A stretch of 64,000 nt of DNA from Blastocystis sp. Blastoise (lineage: Eukaryota; Protista; Bigyra: Opalinata): positions 930,001 to 994,000 of the forward strand of contig JBBPEB010000021.1 in NCBI GenBank assembly GCA_039096225.1. Direction: 5' to 3'. Below, in pieces: positions 22,262 to 35,848 of this stretch (the first letter of the stretch is position 1; the number at the start of each line of letters is the position of its first letter). Under the pieces are notes generated by a model that was given only the letters and a program-made list of their open reading frames with translations, had not been told where the DNA came from and did not search any database. The position numbers and the translations under genes were made by a program.

Positions 22262-24300
22262 TTAGAACAAATTCATTTCTTTGATAATAATTAGTATTCG
22301 ATCAACATAAAATAATGATGTCTTATAATCTATATTATATTTATAATATATAATAATATATAATAATATATAATATATATAATATATATATATATATATA
22401 CATGATGAGGAGATATTTGTTTTAATCTCTTCGAGTAGTGATATCAAAGTAGGTATTGACGCTATAAATAATATATATATATATATAATAAATAAAAATA
22501 ATAATAATAATTATTATAAAAAAATAAAAATAAAAATAATATATTATATATATATACGTTTATAAAGATCTTGTGAAATAATACTGATTTTCTTGATAAG
22601 TCGATAAAACAAACAAAATGTGATATACAGTAACGAAGCTACCTGTATATGTATATATAATAAAATTATTTTTCTTTTATATAAAATAGAAACGAAGTAT
22701 TCCTAAATATATATACTTGTTTATTATAAGTATCATCTATGATTTGATCAACTTCTTGGAAATATACATTTTCCCCGTAAATATTCATACAATTTCTGAG
22801 TATTTCTGTTAAATAATTAAATGTAGTCATGTTCTAGAAGAAGAAGAAGAAGAGTAATAGGAATAGATGATATATATATGTAATAATAAGGATAATAATA
22901 ATATGAGAAACATAATAAATCAAAAAATGTAATAATATAATAAATATATAAATCAATACTTTAATAAAAACACAATAAATATGGTAAATAAAATAATAAA
23001 CATATTAATAAATATAATAATAAACAGAATAATAAATATAATAATAATATATATAATATATACAAAGAATCGCTTGGAGAATTCAAGTCTTACTTTTCGG
23101 TCTAATGTTGAGTTTGTGAGAAAATAGTTATATATATGGTTACATATTGAGAGAGAAGATATATATATAGAAACAGTAGAAGGTGACACTGGGTGATATT
23201 TACTTCGAATAGAATTCGTTATGGTAATATAATTATTGATTATATAGATCTATATAATGATGTATGAATAATTTGTGAAGCTATGTATATGTAAATATGA
23301 ATAGAATTATTATTATTATTCACATTATTTTTATAAAAGTATATATATACTGAATCTAAAAAATGAAATATATTTAATTCGATTAATCTAGAAATAAGCC
23401 TAAGTAGTTGATGACAAAGATAATAATCCTGGGGATTTCGTGTTATTTGTTTGGCGGGGAGAAAGAGCGGGAATAAATCCATTAGTTTCTTATATATAGG
23501 AGCATAATATAATAAATAGGAATCATTTTCAATCGAAGGAGGGGTAGATGTGAGTAGTGAGGGATTAAGGAATAGTATTTCATTGATAAGAAAACATAAT
23601 TGCTATTTAATGAAAACATATGCAAAACATTACAAATATAGTTATATATATATAAATATAATTAAGAATCTATAATAAATGATTATTGATAATAAGGATA
23701 TGAGTATTGAGTATAGATAATGTTATATATATGTATATTTTCTCTGAGTCAGAATTTAAATACATCATACAGATCTCCATATATTTCGATAGAATATCAA
23801 TGTCCGTCATGGGGGATGTCACGTGACTATCTATAGTAGAGCCAATAGAACGTTTCAAACTGTCGGGTTCCTCAATAATCATCGAATTACTGTCTTTAGA
23901 AGTAACACTTGAGTTTTCATGTATAGATTCGACTCTATCCCCGTGGGAAAATGACTTTTTTGATGAGATGGAGGATGTAGGTGAAGAAGGTTCCTGTTCT
24001 TGAATTATATGTATATCATTCTTTGAAATATCTATATCTATATCTGTATCTATATCATTCTGCTTTATATGGATTGAAGTAGCAGTATTATTATTATAGT
24101 TATTATTAACATTATTATTATTATTATCCGTTGGTGATATACCCTTATTATTAGTATATAAAGAAGAAGAAGCAGATATAGAGAGAGACTTATAATACGT
24201 CTAGAGATGAAAGGAAATAGAAATTATATATATATAAGTTAATATTTTTAAAATAAAAGGAAATACTTTTAAATTCTTAATTTGAGAACTTTTCCAGTGA

Positions 24301-24368
<68 letters not shown>

Positions 24369-25294
24369 CATATAAGATTATAAATATATTTATATAAACA
24401 TAATATATATATATACTTTCGACATGAGAATATGATATAGAATCTATATATATATATATATATACTTGGTTGAGTATCTTTTAAAGTATTATTAAGATTT
24501 GAATATAAAAAGGAAGTTAATTGTGGACAATGTGATGTTAATACTGATAGTAAATATATATATATAATCTATATATATATTAATGATATAATCATTGTAT
24601 ATTTATTATATAATATATATATATATGATTAATACATACCCCCTCATTAAAAATATATTTATAAATATATGTAAATAAAGTAATATAATCTTCTTTTTGC
24701 AATGATATATTCACCATAATATTCTCTATCTATAAAAATAGTATTTATATAAAAAACAAATAATATATATATAATTACTTGAATGAATGTATTGAGATCA
24801 TATATATATTGTCTTTTCTTATGAGATAAACTCTATATATAACATTTACTATAAAGAAAAAGAACATATAAAAAATACAGTGGACTTTTGATCGTTTTTA
24901 GAAATAACTATACAGTGAGAATAGTTTACGTAACATATATACTTTTTAAAAGGTAATTCATGAATTGAGATATAAATTTATACGAAAGATCTTCTTGGTT
25001 TTCTATAAAAGGGGAATGAAAGAAAATTTTTATTATTATTTGATGTTTTCAAGGTAAATACCATCCTTTTCTCTTATAAGATGCTTTTTAATACTATCTT
25101 CAAAGCCTTCTTCTATCGATAAATCATTCTATGAATGATAGAGTTATAAATATGCCAACGATAATATATTTATCTTGATATACATGTTTTGCTGAACTGT
25201 TTTCAGTATTTGCAACGAGCAACGACATTTCCAAATCTTCGATTCTTTGTTTGAGGTCTTCATTCTCCAGTTTCAACTCATTAATAGATGACAT
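22262..25294 (-). CDS. hypothetical protein, N-terminal coiled coil followed by a helical region, multi-intron
   Basis: MSSINELKLENEDLKQRIEDLEMSLL start and a chain of GT-AG-bounded exons down to TAA at 22262. No family recognised. Confidence 0.6.
24303..24365. repeat. intronic (TA)n microsatellite
   Basis: Uninterrupted TA run. Confidence 0.9.
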
Positions 25295-25795
25295 AGATGT
25301 TGAAAACCTTATATGAACACAAGATAGATAATAAAACAAATTCTTGAGCGAAAAGGAATTTTTTAAAAAGAATCTGAAATTATTTTAGTCCATAGCTGAA
25401 ATTAATGATGAAACACATTTATTTGTCTTTGAAATGATGATACAAATGAATATTTATATTTTAAGACATGTATTACTTTGTGTAAAGCATAGTAGTCGAT
25501 GGTGGTAATAATTGATCTAACAGTTTTTGCATATAAAGAAATAATCAGAAAGAATGTTCAAGAGTTATTACTTTTATATATATATATAAATATTTATATA
25601 ATAAATGGTTATTTAAATAGAATAAATATGTATTTGAAAGGAATATAAACAATATTTTGTAAAAAAGAAACGAAATCTAACAGAGAAGAAAAAGCAAAAG
25701 AGAAAAAATAATTATATAATCAAAGAATATTGTAATATAATAAATGAGATAGAATCTACAATAATGAATATTAAATATTTAATGAAAATATAGAT

Positions 25796-25974
25796 TTACT
25801 GTGTTGATTCTATAGCTGTTTTAATAAGAATTCGATTTTCAACATCTTTATTATATACCGTTAAAAAATCTTGATTATAATACATATATTCCTTCTTTGT
25901 AAATATCCATATTAATAAATCAAATATACCATATATTAATTGTAAATATACATATACATGATATACAGAATTCC

Positions 25975-26032
<58 letters not shown>

Positions 26033-27146
26033 TTTCATATAATAATATTTCATATAATAATAAATATATTGCTTATAATAATAATATAAATGATACATTT
26101 CAGCCGAATCAATATTGGGTAGAGCAATGAAGAATCCTAATAATCCTGAGAATATATATAAAATAGGAGGAATTCCAAATATATATCTTCGAATAATAAT
26201 GTTTTGTATGGGTATAATATGCTCAAAGAAAAGAACAATACACACACTATATATATATATAATATATATATATAATGCAGAGATATAAAGAGAATAGTAG
26301 TAGACTAATTACATATAGAAACAATACTAAATATTACGAATAAATTAAAAAGAATTATAATTATTATAATCGATGAATAAAGCAACAACAACAAAATAAT
26401 ATGAATAATAAGTATAAAATAAGCAAAATGGTTATTATGAATATATATATATACGATAAAGAAGGGAAGATTGTGAAGACCATATAAGAGAATAGAGTAC
26501 TATTAGCAGTTTTATAGCAGAAGAAGGAAACAAGAATAATAGTAACCAAAAAGAAATATACAGAAAGCGCAAAACGAAGATATTTCTTATCATTTTGTTT
26601 TATACAAGATAACCGTAAATATCCGAAGATTTGGTCCGATTCGTCATCTCGAAGCATTTCATAAGGATGTTTATTAAAGTAATATAGAAAACAACTTGTG
26701 ACAATAATATTTATAGACGATAAAATGATGGCACAAATGCATAGATATTGATGCATAGATAGCCAGATTGCATTATACACTAATCCGAGGGCATTCCATA
26801 CAATATAAGTATAGGATATAATAGAAGCGACTGTTGAATGTATTTTTTCAAAAAATTGAGAATCTGACATCCAGTAAAACATATATGCAATAATTGAACA
26901 CATAATTGGGTTGATCAGGTACCACCATTCAGTTACGTGATAAACTTCTTTGAAGAATTCAAACCATGCTATTATAATACAGAAAGCTGCTGAAATGCCT
27001 AGATTAGCGTGACGAATTAAGAAAAGTATCGAAGAACAACATAATTGACAAGAATAACATTAAATAAAGGATATATAGTAATAGATCTTGAATTTCTCTA
27101 TCCCTTTATAAGGATGTTCACGAATATTTTTTTTTTCGATTTCCAT
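25796..27146 (-). CDS. multi-pass membrane protein of unknown function, containing a U12-type intron
   Basis: ATG at 27146 (MEIEKKNIREHPYKGIEKFKIYYY). The AT-AC intron 27009-27074 joins in frame to ANLGISAAFCIIIAWFEFF... and ORFs 26364..26903 and 25796..26245. Many hydrophobic segments. Confidence 0.7.
27009..27074 (-). other. minor-spliceosome (U12-type) AT-AC intron, 66 nt
   Basis: 5' end ATATCCTTT, branch-like TTTTCTTAAT, 3' end CGTCAC. Removal keeps frame and deletes an in-frame TAA. Confidence 0.85.
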
Positions 27147-27309
27147 GAACGAGAATCATATAAAATAAAATTTAAAAGAAAAAATCTGTTTCTTTTTGAT
27201 TTTCACACTGAACTTTTTATCATAATCACGAAACTATTCCATTTTCTTTTTAAATACTCTTTGCTATTTCTACATGAATATTCACTATGGACATTTTGTG
27301 TTTTTTTGA

Positions 27310-28110
27310 CCCTATTTCCCGTAAGAGAAACAACAAAATGACTGGGATTTTTTAATCAAAAATACGTTGGCCTAAACTCGAGAAAAGAGTGTCCGCCAAC
27401 TTGTCAAGTTTCTCTCTTTTTGACGAGAAAAACTTAAAAATAACTCTACAAAATATATTGTTTATTTATATAATCATAGACATTCTAAATATTGACTATT
27501 TTACAGTGTTTTATGATTTAAAATGACTGTTTAAAACCAAAAAGACTTTAATTTTTTCTCTGAAGTCTATAATTCAGGAATGGATTACATGAGTGACAAA
27601 TTTTTTAAAGTTGTGTGTTCTCTGAGTGATGTATTATCATTTCAATCATTCTCGTCAAGTCCTTTTACAATAAAAACCATTATACAGCCTAAACCAAAAC
27701 ACACCTAAAAATTTCTTCTTTTTTATTTCCCAAGGAAAAAACAATAAAATGACTTGACTTTTTTATTCATCATTTTTTAGCCTAAAGACGACAACATTTC
27801 TTTCAGCCAACTACCCTAGAAAGTCAAAACAATTAAAAATTCAAAAAAGAAAAGTAAAACGGAAGCTCTTGTTTTTGTTTATTGATTATCGTCATTAAAC
27901 CTGTTTTTAAAAATATGACTTTAGAATATCATTCAGGACTTGATTTATAGTTCAGGGTATCGTTTTAAGGTTTAAAATAGCTTTTTTTTGAGAGAATTCA
28001 TAATTATGTCCTAAACCAAGAGGAGTTGTGTGTTTTTATCATCTCTGTTGTTAGATATGTGTATACACAACATACTCAGCTTCACATAATTGTTTTTCTT
28101 GCTAGTCAAG
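27310..28110. repeat. left subterminal region with a degenerate ~410-bp duplication
   Basis: tatttccc...aaaatgact...gcctaaa...gccaact at about 27312-27400 recurs at about 27723-27812. ttcagga...gttgtgtgtt also recurs at similar spacing. Confidence 0.6.
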
Positions 28111-28909
28111 ATTTTCACTCATTTTTAAATATTTGATTTTTAGTCTCAAAAGTGGTATAGAGTCTCTATACATGCCTGTAAGAATCGTTTTTAATACTAA
28201 AAAGTCAAAAATATTAAAGAAAAGTGACAGTGAAAAAAGGAGGGAAAAAATACTTTTTTTGAGTTTCTTGATATTCCCGCAAAAATGATTTTTCTTTTAA
28301 GACCTGAATACACCCATACGCTATTGAGCCTATTAACTTAGAAAATATTTTCATTTGTTACTTATTTTCTTTATTTTTATTTTATTTTTATTAGCTGTTA
28401 TTTTAAAAAATAGAAGTTGATTTTAACTTCAGATTATTCTCTTGTATGTATATTACTATTTTTTATTCTTTATCAATATTAACATTCTCCCATTCTCTAG
28501 CATGTATAGGTTCCTGCTCGTCCATGGTTATAAGAGTCCTCTTCAGTCCATGTCAACAACGTCTATGATGTCAAACTACTTTCAAAGTATATATGTATTT
28601 ATTTATTTTTATAATTATCTCTAATTTTTTTCTTTGTTATATTTTTAAGTATTATATAATAGAGTACTTATCGTATATTCATTCTATCTATTATTAGCTT
28701 TCTTTTTGTTTTTTCTTAAATTAGAATCTAATTCATTTTATTATTTATTTTCATTATTTTTATATTTTTATTTATTATTATTTATTTATTTAGGTTGTTT
28801 TCTACTGTTTCTGTTGGTTATCTTTCCCTATGACTCAACATCACCAAATTCATTTTTTTCTATTAGGTATGTTTATTTATTTATTTATTTATTTATTTAT
28901 TATCTAGTT

Positions 28910-30917
28910 CTTCTTTATTTCTTCTTCTTACACAAAATGATTCCTTCTTCTCTCTTCTTCATTTTCTTCCTTCTACACTTTTATCTCCTTATTTCTTCAT
29001 CTTCTTTCTTTATTACTTCTTCCTATGCCTTGTCTCCAGCCTATATCCTTGTCTCTCCCTTTGATTCATTATCTTCCTCAGATCTTCATTTTTCTTTTAT
29101 TTTTTCTTCTATCTAAATTCCTTTATTTTTCTTTTTTTTAATTATACCTCTCTCTTATCTTCGCTTCCCTTTTATATCACTCTTTCATTACTCTTTCTTA
29201 ATCACTATTCTATTTACATTGTATTTCGTTATGTCTTTTTCTTTTATCCTGTTATCCTCTTCTCCTTATTCTATACTTCTTTTTCCTCGACATGTATTAG
29301 TGTATACCCTCCTTTTCTTCCTCTTCCTCTTCTTCTTCTTCTTCTTCTCCATATAATTCTTTGCTTTTTTCAGATCTTCATCTTCTTATTTATATTTATA
29401 TCACTATTTATTATATATATAGTTCTCTTCTATTATTTGCCTTCCTCCTCTTCCTTCTTTCTATTCTTCTCATACTTCTTCTCTCCTCCTTCTGATTCCC
29501 TTTTTTTTACTGCCCTATTTTCCTTCTTTATCTTCCTTCTCTCCTCTTTCTGTATAATTCTATCTCAATCTTCCTTCTCTCCCTCTCTATTCTCGTATCC
29601 ATCTTTATCCTTATTCTTTTTCCATTTATTTCTCTCTGTCCCTGTCTATTTTATCTTATATGTCTCTTTCTACCTTCTTGTTTCCTTTTATATTTCCTTC
29701 TATGTCTCCTTTTCCACTTTATATCTACTTTTTTTTCTCTCTCTCCTTCTCTCTATTATTATATATTCTTATGTTCTAGTTATCTATTTTCTATTTTTAT
29801 TTCTATCCTTTCATTCTCTATATTGTTATATCTACTTCTATTTTGTCTCTTTTCTTCTATCTTAATCTTCTATTTAATCCTTTTATTTCTTTCTATATAT
29901 CTATATCTTCTTGTCTCTAACTTCTTTCTTAATCTCTTTTATATCCTTCTATTTCTCCTTCTATCTCTCCTTCTTTCTCCTTTTCTATTTTCTTCTAACC
30001 ATCTTTTTTCCTATTTTTCTCTTTCTATCCCTATTATCTCATTCTCTATCTTCTTCTATATTCTTCTTCTTTCATCTTCTCTCCTTCTTCCTTCATCTTT
30101 CAATTTCCTTCTCTATCTTCCTTTTATCTCAGCTACTCCTTCTGTCTCAATCTTCAGTCTTTCCTTTTCTTTCTCTTTCAACATCATTCTATCTCTCTGT
30201 ATTCCTATATTTCTCTTCATATTTCTCTATCCTTATCTATCTCATTCTACCTCATTTATGTGTCTCAATCTCATTCTCTATTTCCTTCTATTTTCTCTTA
30301 TCTACTTATATCTTCGTATATTTCCTTATATCTACGTATATCTACTTCTCTATCTTATTATATCTCCTTCTAACTTAATTTACTTCCTCTTCTTCTTTTT
30401 CTCCTTCTATCTCCTCTTCTATCTCCTCTTTATTCTCCATCATCTTCTATCTACTTCTCTATTTCCATCTACATCCTTCCATCTTACTACATCTCAATCC
30501 GTTTTCTCTCCTTCTATATCCTTTTATATCCTTTTATCTCTCTTTCTCTCTTATCCTATTTATTTTTCTTATTTCTATCCATTTCTATCTACTTTATCTT
30601 CTCTATCTCATTCTATTGTATCTATATCATTCTCTTATCTTTCTATCTCCTTCTATTTTTAATCTTTTCTATCTACTTCTCCTTCTCTATTTCCTTCTAT
30701 TCACTTCTATATACATCTCATTCTTCAAATCATTCTATATTCTTCCCTTCTTCCTTTTAACTCTTGCTATTTGTTTTTATTTTAATCTACTTCTCTCTTC
30801 CCTCAATCGACTTTTATCTACTTCTCCTTCTCTGTTTGATTCTATCTCCTCTCTATCCATATTTTCCTTTTTATTAATATTTATCTCCTTCTCTATATCT
30901 TTCGGTATTCTTCTATC

Positions 30918-30990
<73 letters not shown>

Positions 30991-32700
30991 ATATCTATCT
31001 ATTTATTTATCTCAATCCCCTCTCCCCTTCTATATATTTTATTACCTTCTATGTCTCTACCCTATTTCCCGTTTTCTTTCTGTCTCTTTCTTCTCTCATA
31101 TACTATTGTTCTATCTTTTCTTTTTTTATTCTTCTTTTTTTCTTCTTTGTTTTTTCTATTATACTTCTTTATCTTGCTTTGTCTCTCCTTCTCTCTATGT
31201 CATTCAAATTATAATTCTCTCTATCATTCCCTATCGTTTTCTTTGTATGTATTTTTCTTTCTAATTTTTTTCTATATAAATTTATCTTTCTTGATATTCA
31301 CTTCCTGCTCCTTTTTTCTCCCTTCTTCGTCTCATCTTCTTTTCTTCGTCTTCCAATTCTATCTGTTTTCCTCCTCCTTCTCTATCCTTCTCAATTCCTC
31401 TCTACCTATCTTTATATTCTTTCTTTTTTATACACCTTCCCTACTCCTCTATTTCTCTTTTTATCTTTATTCTTGTATCTATTTTTATCTTATTCTCTAT
31501 TTCATTTGATTTCTTTTGTATATCTCTCATTCTATATAGAATTCTATCTCTTTCTATCTAATTTCTTCTTTATGTCTCTCTTTTCTTCTTTCTTTCTATT
31601 CATCTATTAGTGTATCTATCTATTTATATCTTTGTATTTTTTTTCTCTCTATCTATCTATCTATCTATCTATCTCTTTTATTTCTTTATATCTTTCTGTT
31701 TCTCTATATATGTTTCTTGTTTATTCTTCTTTTCTTTTCTTTCTCTTCTTCTTCATTTTCTTGTATATCTTCTTCCTATTCTTTATCTTACTTTTCTTTC
31801 TTTTTTTCACCTCCTTCCTTGTCTCTTCTTCACATTCATCCTCTTGTTCTCTTATTAATCTATTTATTCTTTCTTATCATTATTCTATTTATTCTTCATC
31901 TTCTTGTTGTCATTATTCATTTCCTTCTTCTTATTCTTCCTTATCTTCCTTATCTTCTTATTCTTCTTCCTATTCTTCTTCTTCTTCCTTATCTTCTTCC
32001 TATTCTTCTTTTCTTCTTCTTCCTTATCTTCTTCTTATTCTTCCTTATCTTCCTTATCTTCTTATTCTTCTTCCTATTCTTCTTCTTCTTCCTTATCTTC
32101 TTCCTATTCTTCTTTTCTTTTTCTTCTTCCTATTCTTCTTTTCTTCTTCTTCCTTATCTTCTTCTTCTTCTTCCTTATCTTCCTTATCTTCTTATTCTTC
32201 TTATTCTTCCTTATCTTCTTATTCTTCTTCCTATTCTTCTTCTTCTTCCTTATCTTCTTCCTATTCTTCTTTTCTTCTTCTTCCTTATCTTCCTTATCTT
32301 CTTCCTATTCTTCTTTTCTTCTTCTTATTCTTCCTTATCTTCTTCTTATTCTTCCTTATCTTCCTTATCTTCTTCCTTATCTTCTTCTTATTCTTCCTTA
32401 TCTTCCTTATCTTCTTCCTTATCTTCCTTATCTTCTTCTTATTCTTTATCCTCTAATCCTCTTCTCTTCTGCATTCCTTATTATTATAGATCTCTATATA
32501 TCTATCTTTGTCATTTATTATAAATTATTTTTCATTTTTTTTATTAATCTCAATAATTAAAGACCCTATCTCATTTACTTTATATTTCTTTCTCTTTTAT
32601 TCTTTTTTACTTCTTTTCCCTTCTTCTAGCATCCTTTTTCACTTATACATATATAAATATATCCTTACACATCATACTGACTCATTATTCCTACTATTTT
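28910..32700. repeat. ~3.8-kb pyrimidine-rich (C/T) low-complexity tract inside the transposon, including (CTAT)n and a TCT/TAT higher-order minisatellite at about 31920-32450
   Basis: The + strand is almost devoid of G. Overlapping F/L/S/Y ORFs occur in several frames, as expected from composition alone. Confidence 0.85.
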
Positions 32701-34650
32701 ACTTTCATTTATGTATTTTTATTCTATATTATCCTTAAGCTTATATTGGTAAGTATCTATCAGTTTATGATAGAAAACAGGTTCAATTCCTGTCTTAAGG
32801 TCAATTACATAACTAATTCTTTATATATAGGTATCAATAATTATATTATATTAATTTTTTCAAAAATTATCTATTCAAATAGATGAAGATAAATTAGATC
32901 AATTACTATTTTTTCTTTACATATGTATTTATTTCATCATTGAATGCATTGATAATATATAGATCAATCAAAAATAGCATTCAAAATAATCTTTTTAACA
33001 AAAAGAGACACAATAACATTCAATTACTTCTTAAGTGTATTATAAAACAAAATAATCTTCTCAAAAGATTATTCAAGTCGTTTTATAATGAGTATATGTG
33101 AAAAATTAGTTTAGTTCAAAATAATAATTCTATTTTTCAAAATTATATTATCAAATGATTCTGCGTAATTTTTTTTTCATATAACCACTATACCCTTTTA
33201 CACAAGAAAATAATCATTTAAATACATTTTTAAGTTGATAAACAATAAATTAAGAATTTATTCTTGTTAAAAAACAAAATTCTTAGAAAATATTACTAGA
33301 ATCATACAAATAATCAATGCAACTATTCAATTATACACCTTTAACGTGATTTAAGACAAGTCATAAAAATGGAGATTCTCAATATTTTATATTTTTTAAC
33401 TAATTGATATTTTAATAACTTTTAAACTTCATTTAAACACTAAATATGTAATATAATATGTTTTTGTCATTTTCGAAATTAGAATATGTATTTCAAATAA
33501 TTTTAGTTTTACTAAAAATCACTTAAAATGAATACACAGAGTTTGTAGACAATAAATAAATTATGAATAAAACTATATATCGATATAAGACTTTTTTTGA
33601 CAAAAAAGTGATTTTTGCATTTGTTTTATAATAAACTATCAACACGACTCCGACTATTCAACTAAAAATATATAAAATATGATTTTTGTTTGTTTATACG
33701 TATATTTGATAATAGTAAGTCCTTGAATACTAGAAAAAGTTCTTGCTGAGTAATTATAAAATACTATTTTGATTTGTTTTTGATATTATTTAAATGAAAA
33801 ACACTATTTGCATGAAAAAATGCTTACTCTATGTATTTCAAGTCTATTTAAAGGTATTAGAAGACTTTAACTTGATTCCAATTATTGCTTTAATTCACTT
33901 TTAAAATGTTTTTACCACTCTCTTTGTCATATTATGATAACAGATTAATAAAAAATCGGGACAAATACATTAAAAAGATAATATTTCATAACATTTTTCG
34001 ACTCTAGACCTTTTTATCTTCATTTTCTTTATTTTATAATTTTATTGAAGATATGTGATAAAACTGATTCTTTAAATAATGATTCAGGCAATCATTCTGG
34101 ATTATATAAATGACTTTTATTCTGGAAATAGAAGTTTCAGAGTCTTCTCTATAAGTCTGTATTGTAACCTATATTTATTTTTTAAAAGACTTATACTTAC
34201 TGAGTGATACTAAAAATAATTTTGACAATTAAGGATAAAAATCACTCTTCCATAGTCAAAACTGATTATAAAATGATATAATGATAAATAACTATATAAT
34301 TCTTTAAAATAAAACAATTTTTGTATTACTTATGATAATTATGATAAATTGAAAATAACAATAACAATATCCATTTTCCTCATAGAAATAAAATTTTTCT
34401 TTCTCTTTTATTCTTAACCATTCATTTTTCTTATGATGAAGATTCTCTATATTTAGTAGATATGAGATTATTCATGTTTATTTTCATTATTTCAGCTATA
34501 TCTTCTAAATTCCTATTACACCCTTTTATAACAAAACAAAATGCTACATGACTTATCACATATTTATTTTATTATATCTTATATGATTAATATGATATAT
34601 TATTAAATTTTATTTTTATTTTATTATATATGATACTATTATGATGGTAG

Positions 34651-35340
34651 GTGTTTGCTGTTTCTTTATATTTTATTTTTTCTACTCTATTCATTCATTT
34701 TCTATAGTAGCTGTCTCTGCTTGGTGTTTTGACACTTGCTGGTCTCCTTAAACGTTCTGGTCCTTCTTGTGTGTGGTCGTGGCTCTCTTATAGGTATATA
34801 TATATATTTTCTTTTTATAATTATCTTTATAGATGGGTTCTTTAGGTCTAGAATGGAAGGAATCAATGTTAAAAGAAGGTATATATCATCTATATTATCT
34901 ATTACATATTATATAACTAACCCCACTTTATATTTATATAGCATTAATGTATATATTTATATTTTATTATTCTATATTAATTTACTTTATTATATATTAT
35001 TATATTATATAACTTACTCTATCTTTATATAGGTTTCCAGGGGTTCCGTTGCTGTCGTTGTTGTTAATTGGAGAGAATGGTTTATAAAAAGTATATATAT
35101 ATATTTAATTATATTGTTTTATTCATTATACTATTTATCATATATCTTTTATAGGATGGTTCTTTGTCTTTGATTCCTTGCCTGTCTTGTAATGATTAGA
35201 AAAGGTATATATTTTTTATTTTATTATTATTTTAAAATGTTATATATATATTATTATTAGTAATACTTAACTAATATCATCTCTTTATATAGGTTGCTTA
35301 GGCTTAAATGCAAATTAAAGACTGAAACTGTCCTGGTTGA
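34651..35340 (+). other. chain of host-type GT-AG introns separating short GC-richer exons inside the transposon; coding status unresolved
   Basis: Donors at 34651, 34794, 34879, 35091 and 35205; acceptors at 34707/34710, 34832, 35032, 35154 and 35292 (four share TCTTT(T/AT)ATAG-like ends); TGTTTGTT at 35471-35478. Confidence 0.6.
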
Positions 35341-35645
35341 AATATTATAAATTAAATATTATATATATTTTATTATATTATTTATTATATGTTTTATTAT
35401 CTTTTTTTTATATATTTATTATTATTGTTTTCTATTATTTGTTTTTATGATTATTTGATAATATTTAATTTGTTTGTTTTGTTATATCGTTTATTATTAC
35501 ACCACAAAAAGAATAAAAAAAGCCAATAAATGAAAAAATAGAGAATATTTAAAACCATTTTTATTCGCCAATTATTGTTTTAAGGTGCGTCATACTTTTG
35601 CACTGCTTTTCGATTTTATAAAATCACTGAAACTCTGACAAAAAA

Positions 35646-35848
35646 TTTCACTGCTCACCACTGGGGAAACCAAAGCAAAAAAGTCGTTGGACCTTTTGTC
35701 AGCTACCCTTTAAAATTTTTTCACTGCTCCACCACTGGGGAAACCAAACAGAAAAATCAAATAACCTTTTGTCAGCTACATATTTAAAAATTTTCACTGC
35801 TCACCACTGGGGAAACCAAAACAAAAAAGTCGTTGGACCTTTTGACAG
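35646..35848. repeat. right subterminal tandem repeat, 3 copies of about 72 bp
   Basis: ttcactgctc(c)accactggggaaaccaaa...ccttttg(t/a)cag at about 35646, 35719 and 35791, adjacent to the right TIR. Confidence 0.9.

Noticed and set aside
28910-32450. TAA/TAG reassigned to Gln (ciliate-like code) in a - strand E/K/R-rich gene
   Set aside because: Host genes in the window end at TAA/TAG, the tract also contains TGA, and the reading frame slips repeatedly (e.g. GAA GAA AA GAA). No single frame is maintained.
28706-32738. Long + strand ORFs of up to about 300 aa rich in F/L/S/Y/I
   Set aside because: They overlap in several frames, mostly start at TTG/GTG, and follow from C/T-rich sequence lacking stop codons. 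No domain signal is visible.
35646-35848. CRISPR-like repeat-spacer array
   Set aside because: There are only three units, the intervening parts are themselves repeated, the context is eukaryotic and the array abuts a TIR. These are transposon subterminal repeats.
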